A stretch of DNA of 62,889 nucleotides, filler included, from Chiloscyllium plagiosum (Eukaryota): the NCBI RefSeq assembly GCF_004010195.1. It is 3 parts of one record of this genome, joined end to end, with 100 filler letters (N's around TTAATTAATTAA, not from the genome) between each part and the next. Parts side by side here need not be neighbours in the genome. Positions count along the whole stretch, not along the records: positions 39,108 to 62,889 come from NC_057712.1; 2 more parts are not named here. The stretch is one strand, 5' to 3'. Positions within the stretch are counted from its first letter, which is position 1. Every line of letters begins with the position of its first letter. Below are positions 51,701-62,889 of this stretch, piece after piece. Under the pieces are notes generated by a model that saw only the letters and a program-made list of their open reading frames with translations, did not search any database and was not told the origin of the DNA. The translations under genes and the position numbers were made by a program.

Positions 51701-52621
51701 GTAGGTGTGCTGTTGAACATCTCCCACACCTGACTCAACTTAAATCATCCTTGTCACAATCAACAGCTCTCTCTTCCCAAATCTTCTTTTTGGGATCTCA
51801 CAAAGTTCACAGCATTAAAATGAAGACACATTGGCAAAAGGTTTGGGAAGCACGGATCTACTTGCTTCCTTTGATTCACCCTGCTTGTTATATGCTTAAA
51901 GATCTCTAATAAATCTGTCAAGTACAGTTTCCCTTTCACAAAGCCATGTTGACTCTGAATTACAAAATGTCCCGCTTTTACCTCCTTAATAATGGATCGT
52001 GTTGATTCCCTATAACAGATTCTAGACTGGCCTGTAGCATCTCATGTTTTCTGTCTCCTTCTTTTCTTGATGAAAAATTTACTGTATTAAGATCCCAGCT
52101 GAAGCTGCCAAATTTCTGTTCCAATTTGGCCAGTAGTTTAGCTAGTAGGCACCAGTAGGTTTTTTTTTTCAAAAATTAGACAGAACATGAGATCCAGGAG
52201 ACTTACCAAGAAAATAAATCATCAAGACTCAATCAACAAGTTTCAAACAAACAACATTAAATATAACTCTGCAGTGTTAGAACAGAAACTAAATTGATAA
52301 TATGTGTACAACTTAGGGCTAGCCCTCACCACCCTTAGAGAGAAGATTTCATCTCATCTTAGTCTTAAGTGGGTGATCCCTTATTTTCAAACAGTGATTC
52401 CTAGTTCTAGGTTTTCTCTCCACACACACAGCTTGTTATGACACCACAAGGTTGTACATGTTGTAATCAAACTACAACTTTCCTCATTACAAAACCTTTT
52501 CATTTTCTGAACCCCCTAAGGCTTCGGAGTGCTGAGTCCAGAATTTAACATGCTTCTAATTCTTAGGATTTCTTTCTGACTACTTTTAATTATTCATTGG
52601 ATGCCAGCATTTCTTGTCCAT

Positions 52622-52717
52622 GTCTAGATTAGAGTGGTGCTGGAAAACCACAGCAAATCAGGCAGCATCTGAGGAGCAGGAAAATCGATGTTTCGGGCAA
52701 AAGCCCTTCATCAGGAA
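52622..52717 (-). mobile_element. 96-bp Penelope pLTR insert with hammerhead core and 7-bp TSD
   Basis: Minus strand TTCCTGATGAAGGGCTTTTGCCCGAAACATCG. TGTCCAT at 52615-52621 and 52718-52724. Confidence 0.82.
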
Positions 52718-53153
52718 TGTCCATCCCTAGTTTCCCTTGGGGAAGGTGACAGTGAGTTCTGTTCTTGAATCATGGCAGTCTGCTAGTTTAATGGCAACCA
52801 TTGTCATAACAACTCACCCAGCAATGTGCTTCAGGGAAGGAAATCTGCCATCCTTACCCAGTCTGGATAATTGTGATTCTGGATCTACAGTAAAATGACT
52901 GTATCTGTCCACTGAAATGGCTTAGAAAGCTAAACAGTTGAAAGAAAATTAGGGATGTGCAATTAAAAAAAAACATCCTTACCAGCAATGCCCCTATCCC
53001 ATGTAGGAATAAAAACAGTTGGGTGCTTTGGTTTGGATGGAATGCTGAGTTGAATGCAGTGAGTTGGAGTTGAATGTGTTAGCATTTCTGAAACAGCACT
53101 GACTTTGGCAGGATTGGAGGGATGTTAATTCTCGACATATTTGCTCTTTCCAG

Positions 53154-53283
53154 GTTTTAACAGCATCGCTGCAGCTCGTGTGTTTTGCAAGTTAATGCGG
53201 CGCCTGGGGTTTGATCGGTTCTATGTGCAGGGAGGAGACTGGGGGTCTCTGATTGCCACTAACATGGCCCAAATGAAGCCAGA
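53154..53283 (+). CDS. EPHX1: EPHX1 coding exon 4 (catalytic nucleophile Asp), absent from the ORF track
   Basis: ctttccag|GT TTT AAC...CCA GA|gtaagt, 130 nt. Manual translation GFNSIAAARVFCKLMRRLGFDRFYVQGGDWGSLIATNMAQMKP. The GGDWG Asp codon is at 53237-53239. Confidence 0.97.
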
Positions 53284-53329
53284 GTAAGTGTCCCAGTTAA
53301 CGGAAAAGACATATCTCATCTCCTACTTA

Positions 53330-53670
53330 GTGGGCGGAGGAAGTGGCTGAGCTGTGGTGGGCAAGATGGGGGGAATCGGGTTTGTGGTGGGAGAGGAATG
53401 TGCACAAAGAAATGGGAGGAGGAGAAGATTCAGGGTGGGGGATAGCTGGGAATGAGTGTTTGGGAGGAGAATATAGGGTGAGCTGGGGGAAGGTCTCATG
53501 GGCATTGGAGAGAGTATGACTACGAGGGAAAAGGGTTGGATGTGGGAATTGGGGGGCAGAAGAGGATGGGAAGCAGATGGAGGAAGGGAAAGTGTAAGGT
53601 GGGAGTTGGGGAAGGTTGGGAGGGAGGGAGGGAAGGTGGTGAATGAGTGGAGAGTGGTGAAGAAGGGTCA
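53330..53670 (+). repeat. G/purine-rich low-complexity intron tract
   Basis: Numerous GGG/GGGG runs and near absence of C. Confidence 0.75.
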
Positions 53671-53899
53671 CTTTTGAGCTCTGTCTTGCTGCTCTACTTT
53701 AGGTGTAATGGAGTATTGCTACAGCCATGGGTACAGTAGGGTAGACTGCGTAGTTACAGGGTGCTCCTGGGATGAGTAGAAGGTCCCCCAGTGGGTAGAG
53801 GTTCCTCCCCAACCCCTCCCCAATGGATTAAGATTCTCCTGCAGTGGATGGTCCTCCTGTTGCTGTCCTTACCAATCTATTTGCTCCCTCTCACTACAG

Positions 53900-54114
53900 G
53901 AATGTGAAAGGAATCCACTTGAATTTCTTCCCCATTTCCAGGATGGGACTGAAGACACTTCCCTCCCTCTTACTTGGGCAGTATGCTCCATCCCTGGTTG
54001 GATTCACCCAGACTGACATTGAGCGGATGTACCCGTTTGTTGAAAAGACTGTCTATGATCTGCTGAAGGAATCTGGCTACATGCACATTCAGGGCACAAA
54101 ACCTGACTCCCCAG
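53900..54114 (+). CDS. EPHX1: EPHX1 coding exon 5
   Basis: ctacag|G AAT GTG...CCA G|gtaggt, 215 nt. Encodes NVKGIHLN...KESGYMHIQGTKPDS, including the first ring-opening Tyr. Confidence 0.97.
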
Positions 54115-54430
54115 GTAGGTGTCCAAAACTGACAGGACCCAAGGATTACTCAGGCAGCATCGAATCGAGTGGGCCAGGAGTGAGTAACAGACAGGAGTCT
54201 AATCAAGAGGTTCAGAGTTTTTAACATCTAGAATAATAGATGTAGGATCTGGAATTGAGTTACAGACTGGAAGCTAATTAAGGATTTCCGAAGTTATATC
54301 CAGGAAAGCTGATACCCGGGAGCAAGTTACAGATTGTATTATAATTGAAGGATTCAGCAGTTATTTATCTAGGATAACAGATTCTCAGGAGATTTGCCAA
54401 TGTAAACCTCTCAGTGTTGACATTTACCAG

Positions 54431-54539
54431 GTTGTGCTCTGAATGACTCCCCTGTGGGCTTGGCTGCTTATATACTGGAGAAATTTTCAACATGGACCAA
54501 CAAGGATTTCCGGGAACTTGAAGATGGAGGACTGACGAG
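54431..54539 (+). CDS. EPHX1: EPHX1 coding exon 6, absent from the ORF track
   Basis: ttaccag|GT TGT GCT...ACG AG|gtggga, 109 nt. Manual translation GCALNDSPVGLAAYILEKFSTWTNKDFRELEDGGLTR. Confidence 0.97.
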
Positions 54540-55889
54540 GTGGGATGTTCAAACCTTCTCAGCTCTTATTTCTCCCTCCACAGGTTCTTGGTCAGGCAGT
54601 GTTCTCAAATCTACATATTTACACTAACAATGGTAAGTGATAACTAACAGAATACCTGACTGACACAGCACTGACCTCCCCAGTGGCCGTTTGCTCTGTT
54701 GGTGTGGTATTGAGTCACACAGAGCAGCAAGATCCCAGCTCTCAACAGCCAGGACCAAGTAACAAGGGAGGGACAATCTTCACAGCTAACTTCTCAAGTC
54801 ATTTCATTTGTAGCACACCAAGGTGATGGCGAGAGATTGGGAAGTCATGAAGGTTAAGGGAGGTGTCAATGTTAAAAGAGCTAAAGCACTCTTGACTTGC
54901 AAAACACTGCAATTTACTTACCTTCAATATTGAACATGAACTGAACTTCTGTTAATCCTGCTCATTTCATACACAGCCGTCTCTCCTACTTGATTTCTGA
55001 GTGAGGAGAACTGTCTTTGCTTGAGTGATGTTGGAGAATTGGAACACATTGTTACAAGCGATGATTGAGACTCAGGATTAGATACACAGAGATACTGTGT
55101 TACAGGTGAAGCAGTGAAAAAAATGGTGTCCTTCTGTAGTTGTATGCAATTAATTCCTAGAGTGGATGGGAGTGTGTGTGTAAGAGAGAGAGTGTGAGTG
55201 AGAGAGGGTGTGTGAGTCTATATTGCAGGTGAGTTGTGAACCAGGCAGCTACAGAGAGGGTGTGGACTCATTAAGATCCAGAATGTTTTCTCTTAATTAA
55301 AAGGAACGATTAGAGTACAAGAGAAAGATAGCCAAAAAATAAAAAGCAGGTGGAAAACGCTTTTAGGATTTTTATGAAAGATTGGAGAATTAATGATGGG
55401 AAAGAAGGAAATGACAGATGAATTGAAAAGGTATTTTGCTTCACTATTGAGGATACAAGTAACATCTCAGAATCAGCGATAAAATCAGGAAATGGAAGGG
55501 AGGGAGGAATTATGGAAAACCACCAGAGGAGTAACATGGAGCTGTGGGCTGATAACTGCCCAATCTTGATCAACCTTATACCAGGGTCTTAAAAGAAGTG
55601 CCCAGTGAGATAGTTCATGCTTTGGTTTGAATTTCCCAAAATTCCATAGATATGAGGAGGTTCCATTAGTTTGGAAAACAGTGAATCTAGCTCCTTTAGT
55701 TAAATTGTAGGCAGACAGAAAGCAGGAAACAGGTGTCCTGTCATGACCCAAAACCTCAAACGATGGCAAGACATGGTGTTGTTGGATACTGTCAGAGGGG
55801 TCTAATCTGAATAGCCACACAGAGGGTGAATGACAGGGTCAGAGGGAAACAGCAGCCCTGGCCATCACCAGATCTGTCAGAATGGATTT

Positions 55890-57717
55890 CTTGAGGGAAC
55901 GTTTAGCAAGCAGAATTAAGGAGAATCCCAAAGCATTTTATTCTTTTATAAGAAGCAAAAGGGTAACTAGAGAAAGGATTGGTCCACTAAAGGATAATGA
56001 AGGAAGGCTGTGTGTCAAACTGGAGAGAATGGTGAGATTCTGAATGATTACTTTGGATCAGTATTCACTGAGGAGAGGGACATGATGAATGTTGAGATTA
56101 GAGATAGAAGTTTGATTAATTTGGATCACGCTGACATAAGTAGGGAAGATGTGTTGGTTGGGTTGGGGGTTATTAAGTTGGACAAATCCCCAGGACCGGA
56201 TGGGATCTATCCCAGGTTGCTGAGGGAGGTGAGAGAGGAAATAGTTGGGGCCCTGACAGATATCTTTGTGGCATCCTTAAATACAGGTGAGGTGTTGGAG
56301 GACTGGAAGGTTGCTCATGTTGTCCCCCTGTACAAGAAGGGTAGTAGGGATATTCCGGGTAACTGCAGACCAGTGAGCCTGACCTCGGTAGTGGGAAAGT
56401 TGCTGGAGAAGGTACTGAGGATAGGATCTATTTATATTTAAAAAAGAATGGGTTTATCAGTGATAGACAACATGGTTTTGTGCGGGGGGAGATTGTGCCT
56501 TACCAACTTAATAGAGTGCTTTGAGGAAGTGACCAAGTTGATAGATGAAGGAAGGACTGTTGATGTCATATACATGAACTTTAGGAAGGCGTTTGATAAG
56601 GTTTCCCACGGGATTCTAGCTAGGTGGATAAAGAACTGGTTGACCAACAGGAGACAGAGAGTAGTAGTTGAAGGGAGTTTCTCAAAATGGAGAAAGGTGA
56701 CCAGTGGTATTCCACAGGGATCAGTGCTGGGGCCACTGTTGTTTGTGATATACATAAATGATCTAGAAAAAGGCACTGTTTGTATGATCAGCAAGTTTGC
56801 AGATGACACGAAGATTGGTGGAGTAGCAGAAAACATAAGGGACTGTCAAAGAATAGAGGAGTATATAGTTAGACTGGAGAGTTGGGCGGAAAAGTGGCAG
56901 ATGGAGTTCAATCCAGACAAATGTGAGGTGATGCATTTAGGAAGTCTAATTATAGAGTGAATTATACTGGAAAAGGAAGAGCTTTGGGAAAAGTTGATGA
57001 GCAGAGAGATCTGGGAGTGCAGGTCCATTGCACCCTGAAAGTGGCTGCACAGATGGATAGAGTGCTCAAGAAGGCATATGGTATGCTTGCCTTCATTGGA
57101 CAGGGTATTAAGTATAAGAGCTGGCAGGTCACGTTAAAGTTGTACAAGACATTGATTCGGCTGCATTTAGAATACTGTGTACAGTTCTGGTCGCTACATT
57201 ACCAAAAGGATGTGGATGCTTTGGAGAGGGTGCAGAGAAGGTTTACAAGGATGTTGCCTGATATGGAAGGTGCTAGCTATGAAGAGAGGTTGAGTAGGTT
57301 AGGTTTGTTTTCATTTTAAAAAAGGAGATTGAGGGAGGACCTGATTGAAGTTTACAAAATCATGAAGGGTATAGAGTGAGTAGATAGAGATAAGCTTTTC
57401 CCCAGGGTGAAGGATTCAATAACGTGAGGTCATGCTTTCAAGATGAAAGGTTAAAAGTTTAAGAGAGATACACGTGGCAAGTACTTCACACAGAGGGTGG
57501 TGGATGTCTAGAACACGTTACCAGCAGAGGTGGTAGAGGCAGGCATGGTAGATTCATTTAAGAAGCACCTGGAAAGATGCATGAGTAGGTGGGGAGCAGA
57601 GGAATACAGATGCTTAGGAATTGGGCGACATGTTTAGACAGTAGATTTGGATCGGCTCAGGCTTGGAGTGCCAAAGGGCCTGTTCCTGGGCTGTAAATTC
57701 TCTTTGTTCTTTGTTCT
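55890..57717 (+). mobile_element. CR1 LINE RT and 3' end in an EPHX1 intron
   Basis: KSPGPDG, FRKAFDKV, GIPQGSVLGP and FADDTK motifs; TTCTTTG tail. Confidence 0.93.
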
Positions 57718-58238
57718 CGTATGGAGGAGGCCCTTTAGCTAATCAATTCTGTCCTGCCATGATGTGGTCTACAAGGACTTTAGCAGGGCTTTTGACAAGG
57801 TCCCTTACAGCAGCCTGGTCAAGAAAGTAAGAGTCCAAGGGATCCAAGGGAAAGTGGCACACTGATCCAAAGTTGGCTGAGAGACAGAAAGCAGAGGGTG
57901 AGGGTAGAGGGATGTTTCTGTAATTGACAGTTTGCTTCCAGGAGGTTCTGCAGGGCCCAGTGCTGGTTCTTTGCTGTTTGTGGTGAACATTAATGACTTA
58001 GATTGAAATGGAGGAGTATGCTCAGGAAGTTAATACAAACGTTGTTCAGATGGTAAATGGGGGATATCAATGGACTGGTTATGTGGGGAGAGTAATGGTA
58101 AATGGAATTCAACTCAGAAAAGTGTAATTTTCCCCAGTAATGATCTCTCAGAGTGTTTGGTAGGGAAAGTCCATTGGTATGTATTAACTTTTATTTTTGT
58201 CTTTTGGATCTTTCACTCCTCACCCATCCCAATTGTAG

Positions 58239-58364
58239 GAAATTCTCCCTGGATGAACTTCTGACCAATGTGATGATCTACTGGGTGTCAGGCTCCATTA
58301 CCTCCTCCATGCGCCTGTATAAAGAGAACCTAGGAATTAACTTCAGGAATCGGATTGATGCCAA
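58239..58364 (+). CDS. EPHX1: EPHX1 coding exon 7
   Basis: ttgtag|G AAA TTC...GCC AA|gtgagt, 126 nt. Encodes [31 protein letters not shown], including the second ring-opening Tyr. Confidence 0.97.
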
Positions 58365-58582
58365 GTGAGTGTTGAGACCAGCTACCTGGACATAACTGTA
58401 TGACACCATCACTGCTGCAGGATCATAAAGTAATAGGCTAATGACAACCTTGCAGCCAACACACCATTTCATACAGTGACCAATCATTGAAGATTCAGGG
58501 AAACATATCTGCTGAAAAGCAGGAAACACCTGGAGATCTGGCAAAGCACTATGTTTTACTGGTGCATTTCGGGAGTTTGGCA

Positions 58583-59001
58583 TAGCGTGGAGGGAGCTTT
58601 ACTCTATATCTCACCCCTTGCTGACATTGTCCTGGGAGTGTTTGATAGGATAGAGCGCAGGGAGTTTTACCGTGTATCTCACCCCATGCTGCACCTGTCC
58701 TGGGAATGTTTGATGGGATAATGTGGAGGAAGCTTTAGTCTGTATATCACCCCTTGCTGACACTATCCTGGGAATATTTGATGGGATAGTACAGAGGAGG
58801 CTTTACTCTGTATCGCACTCCATGTTGTACCTGTCCTGGGAGTGTTTGCTGGGATAGTGTAGAGGGAGCTTTACTCTGTATCTCACTCCTTACTGACACT
58901 GTCCTGGGAGTGTTTGATGGGATAGTGTAGAAGGAGCTTTACTCTGTATCTCACCCCTTGTTGACACTGTCCTGGGAGTGTTTGATGGGATAGTGTAGAG
59001 G
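58583..59001. repeat. 68-bp minisatellite, 6 units
   Basis: Unit GGGAGCTTTACTCTGTATCTCACCCC...CTGTCCTGGGAGTGTTTGATGGGATAGTGTAGA starting at 58592, 58660, 58728, 58796, 58864 and 58932. Confidence 0.93.
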
Positions 59002-59309
59002 CTGCTGTAATTTTGTCAATAACTCGATGCATCTCTTTACACAATGTTCTTTCTCTAAAATGTCCTTAAGACCGCTCTCTCTTGGACAAGGTTTGGTCAG
59101 CTGCTGTGATTTCCTCCTGTGATGCTCACTGTCAAATTCTCTGCAACGTTGCTCCTTTGAGATGCATTGGGATGTTCAAGGTGCTATTTAAAAGGGAGTT
59201 GTTGTTGGTTTCTTTCAGCTTGTCTCCCTGTCCCTGTGGCTGCGATGAGGCCAGGATCAAATGGAAAGCTGATTGTCTTACTCTTGTCTTTTCCCTTTCC
59301 CTCTTCCAG

Positions 59310-59514
59310 GATTGGAGTTTATGTTCCCACTGGATTGGCTGCATTTCCCAATGAGTTGGTGCATGTCCCATTGGTCTGGGCCAGGCAGAAATACAAGAAG
59401 ATTGTGACCTTCTCGTACATGTCCCGTGGGGGACACTTTGCAGCCTTTGAGGAGCCGCATCTATTGGCTGAGGATCTCTGGAATTTTGTGCAAACTGTGA
59501 AAAAGAATGGCTGA
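59310..59514 (+). CDS. EPHX1: EPHX1 terminal coding exon (catalytic Glu and His)
   Basis: cttccag|G ATT GGA..., encoding VPTGLAAFPNEL...GGHFAAFEEP...KKNG with stop TGA at 59512-59514. All exon phases join into a 1374-nt ORF (457 aa). Confidence 0.97.
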
Positions 59515-59624
59515 GACTTCCAGTTCCTTGGGTGTTTGAGAATCTAGTTCCCATACGATAGCTCTTCAGATTCCAAGCTCTGTCTGATAAGTAATGTTGG
59601 TAATGTCTGGGATATTTGCAAGCT

Positions 59625-59630
59625 AATAAA
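59625..59630 (+). terminator. Candidate polyadenylation signal of EPHX1
   Basis: AATAAA about 110 nt after the stop codon. Confidence 0.55.
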
Positions 59631-61739
59631 AATTGAATCAGTGTTATTGGAGAATTTATCACATTCTGTTCAATTAATGAATCTGGAATCTGTTTCAATT
59701 GAGAGATTCTATTTCTTGATTCAATAACAAATTAAAAAAAAAATATTCCTGATGTTATGATTGTGAGAGGAGAGGGCGGAAAAATAAGCTCTACTGTACC
59801 AAAAGCATAATCACCACAGAGAGCTATCTGTGTGGTACACCATAAAATTGGACAGAATATTAAAACAGCAAAGAATGACCAAAAGATTAATAAAAAGAAA
59901 AGAAGTTAAGGTACGAGAGAAGGTTAGCCAAAAATATTAGAAAAAAAGTAAGAGATGTTTCTTAAATATTTAAAGGAGAATAGTGTTGGTCTTTTTGATA
60001 GACTGAAGAATTAATAATGGAAAAGAAGGAAATGACAGATGAACTGAACATGTATTTTGCAATAGCCTTCACTATTGAGGTTACAAGTAACATCCCAAAA
60101 GCAGCAATAAGTCAGGAAATGGAAGGGAGGGAAGAACTCTGGAAAATCACCAGAGGAGCCGTACTGAGTAACATGGCTGATGACTACCTGGTATGTACCT
60201 GACATATGCTTCCTTCTTTTTCTTAATCAAACTCCCGATATCCCTTGAAATCCAGCGTTCCCAGAATTTGCTGTCCTTGGCTACATTCTTAGAGGAATAC
60301 ACAATCCCGCAATGCTCACTTTACTACTTTTTAAAGACACCCACTTTCCAAATGTAAATATACCTGCAAGTAGGTGCTCCCAGTCCATCTTTACCAGTCC
60401 GGTCTCATTACATTGACATTATTCTTCCCCCAATTTAGACATTTAATTTGTGGAATATCTTTATCCCTTTTCATAATAACATTGTTATAGAGTTATGGTC
60501 ACTGTCCCACTTGACCAGTTTCATTCCCTTCGATTAGGTCTAGCACTCGTTCCCATCTCTACTGGGACTATCTATGAACTGGCAACAAAACCTCTTCCGG
60601 AAACACTTTAAAAATTCCATGCCATCTACGAAGATAATCCCAGTTAATGTTGTGATGAGGAGGTGCCAGTGTTGGACTGGGGTGGACACAGTTAAAAATC
60701 ACACAACACTTGGTTATAGTCCAACAGGTGTATTTGGAAGGACCAGCTTTTGGAGTGCTGCTCCTTTGTCAGGTAGCTCGTAATGCTCCCACCTCTCTTA
60801 CAGCCTCCTGTCATGACTGAATGTTGAGCTGTCAGTCTGCCCTTTCTTCAACCATGTCTCAATGATTGTAAGATCATATTCTCATATGCTGATCATGGCT
60901 CTGTAAGTTCATCTGCCTTCTCAGGCAGGCTCCTTGCATTTAAATATATAAAATTTAGCTTTCCAATCCTCCTATCCTGCCACTTGCTGGATTGTCCAGA
61001 CTTCACATCCATTCTGTGCTCCAACCCCCTGCCAAAGTCTCCCCAATAACATGAACAAACCTCCCAGCGAAGATATTGAACACATTCTGGTTCAGGACAA
61101 CCCATCTAGCTTGTACAAGTCTCACTTTCCCCAGTGATCCAAAAATCTAAAGTCCTCCCTTCTGCATCATCCCTTAAGCCACACATTCATCTATTTTCTT
61201 ATTCATATACTCAGTAGTATGTGGGCACTGGAAGTAATCCAGAGATTACAACGTTAGTGGTCTTCGTCTTTAATCTCTGACCTAATTCTTTATATTCTTT
61301 CTGCATGACCTCTCTGCAATTACCCTTCTAAACCCCTTAAAAATCCTATTTGTTTCAATAAGATCACCTCTCATTCTTCCAAACTCCAGAAAGCACAGTA
61401 TTAACTTTTGCTTAAAAGACAATCCCTCCACACCAGGGTAATTGTAGAGAACCTTCTCTGAACAGCCTCGAATGAAACAATATCTTAATTAAGGGGACCA
61501 AAATTGCTCACAGTATTCCAGATGTGGCCTTTCTACAATCTTATACGGTTGCAATGAGTTTTGCTTACTGTTATACTTTAACCCTCTTCAAATAAGGAAC
61601 TACATTCCATTAGCCTTTTTAATTACCTACTATGCATGTGTGCTAGCTTTTTGTGTTTCTTGCACAAGTATCCCCAAGTCCCTTTGTGTTGCAGTTTTTT
61701 TCCAGTTTTAAATACTATACTGTTCTTTTGTACTCCTAG

Positions 61740-62889
61740 GAGAAAATGAGAAATACAAAAAGGGATCATGCTGTACAGTTGAGTGAAATAGGGGTTGATG
61801 GGAAGGGTGAGAGCAGTAACAAATTAAAAATACTATACATGAATGCACAAAGCATTAGACATAAGATGGATGAGCTTGAGGCTGTTTTGGAAATTGGCAG
61901 ATACGATATTGTGGGGATAACTGAGACATGGCTTCAAGTGGACAGGGCCTGGGAAATGAATATTCAAGGCTACACGTGCTATCGTAAGGACAGACTGATG
62001 GGCAGAGGGGGTGGGATGGCCTTGTTGGTAAGGGAGGATATTCAGTCCCTTGCGCGGGGCGACCTAGAGTCAGGGGATGTAGTGTCAGTGTGGATAGAGC
62101 TGCGAAATACTATGGGTAAAAAGACCCTCATGGGAGTCATCTACAGGTCCCCATACAGTAGTCTGGATGTCGGATGCAAGTTGAATCAGGAGCTGAAATT
62201 GGCCTGTCGCAAAGATGTTACTACAGTTCTTACGGGGGATTTTAACATGCAGGTAGACTGGGAGAATCAGGATGGTATTGGACCTCAAGAAAGAGACTTT
62301 GTGGAGTGCCTCAGAGATGGATTCTTAGAGTAGCTGGTGCTTGAGCCGACCAAGGAGAAGGCAATTCTGGATCTGGTATTGCGTAACGAACCAGAATTGG
62401 TCAGAGACCTCGAAGTGAAGGAGCCATTGGGAAGTAGTGACCATAATACAATAAGCTTCAATCTGCAATTTGAGAGGGAGAGGGTACAATCGGAAGTGAC
62501 AATATTTCTGTTGAATAAAGGGAACTATGGAGCTATGAGAGAGGAGCTGGCCAAAGTTCAATGGTGCAATACCTTAGCAGGGATGACCGTGGAGGAACAA
62601 TGGCGGATATTTCTGTGTATAATGCAGAGGTTGCAGGATCAGTTCATTCCTAAAAAGAAGAAAGATCCCAGGAGGAGGCATGGGCGACTGTGCCTGATGA
62701 GGGAAGTTAAGAAACATATAAAGTTAAAAGAGAAAATGTATAACATAGCAAAGATAAGTGGGAAAACTGAGGACTGGGAAGCTTTTAAAGAGCAACAGAG
62801 GATTACTAAGAAGGAAATACGCAGAGCAAAAATGAGGTACAAAGGTAAACTGGCCAATAATATAAAGGAGGATAGTAAAAGCTTTTTTA
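61740..62889 (+). mobile_element. Young CR1 LINE ORF2 N-terminus (APE endonuclease), running off the window
   Basis: YMNAQSI, VGITETW, GDFN, LDLVL and LGSSDH motifs, with an in-frame stop at 62331-62333. Confidence 0.92.

Noticed and set aside
55290..55560. Similarity to 59880-60180 suggesting a segmental duplication around the EPHX1 3' end
   Set aside because: Both are diverged copies of the same CR1 ORF2 region and the flanks are unrelated.
58583..59001. CRISPR-like regular array (also 15805-16190)
   Set aside because: Units are similar along their whole length with no unique spacers, there are no cas genes, and the context is vertebrate.
59132..59698. 188-aa antisense ORF over the last EPHX1 exon, and other antisense ORFs such as 12033-12611 and 39187-39747
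   Set aside because: Shadow or off-frame ORFs of real exons and TE coding sequence, with no independent motifs.

Overview
Eukaryotic, repeat-dense vertebrate genomic DNA. The HE1-type SINEs, CR1/HER1-type LINEs and Penelope families indicate an elasmobranch (shark); this is inferred from repeat content. The only host gene is an intact microsomal epoxide hydrolase (EPHX1) on the + strand, with 8 coding exons from 47362 to 59514, all GT-AG, a 1374-nt CDS (457 aa) and a full catalytic set. A candidate promoter and non-coding first exon lies near 29.46-29.76 kb. Most of the remainder is decayed or nested mobile DNA: many CR1 LINEs, two Rex1-type LINEs in inverted orientation, L1-clade pieces, Penelope-like elements whose terminal repeats carry minimal hammerhead-ribozyme motifs, endogenous retrovirus relics (two pol pieces plus env-TM and a complete 3' LTR), Gypsy relics, a hAT transposase fossil, Tc1/mariner-type MITEs and minisatellites. 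There are four assembly gaps. I found no convincing wholly new biological system. The best leads are the short hammerhead-bearing Penelope inserts that share a fixed boundary, the ERV relics, the candidate far-upstream promoter and the split hAT fossil. Coordinates of degraded repeats are approximate.
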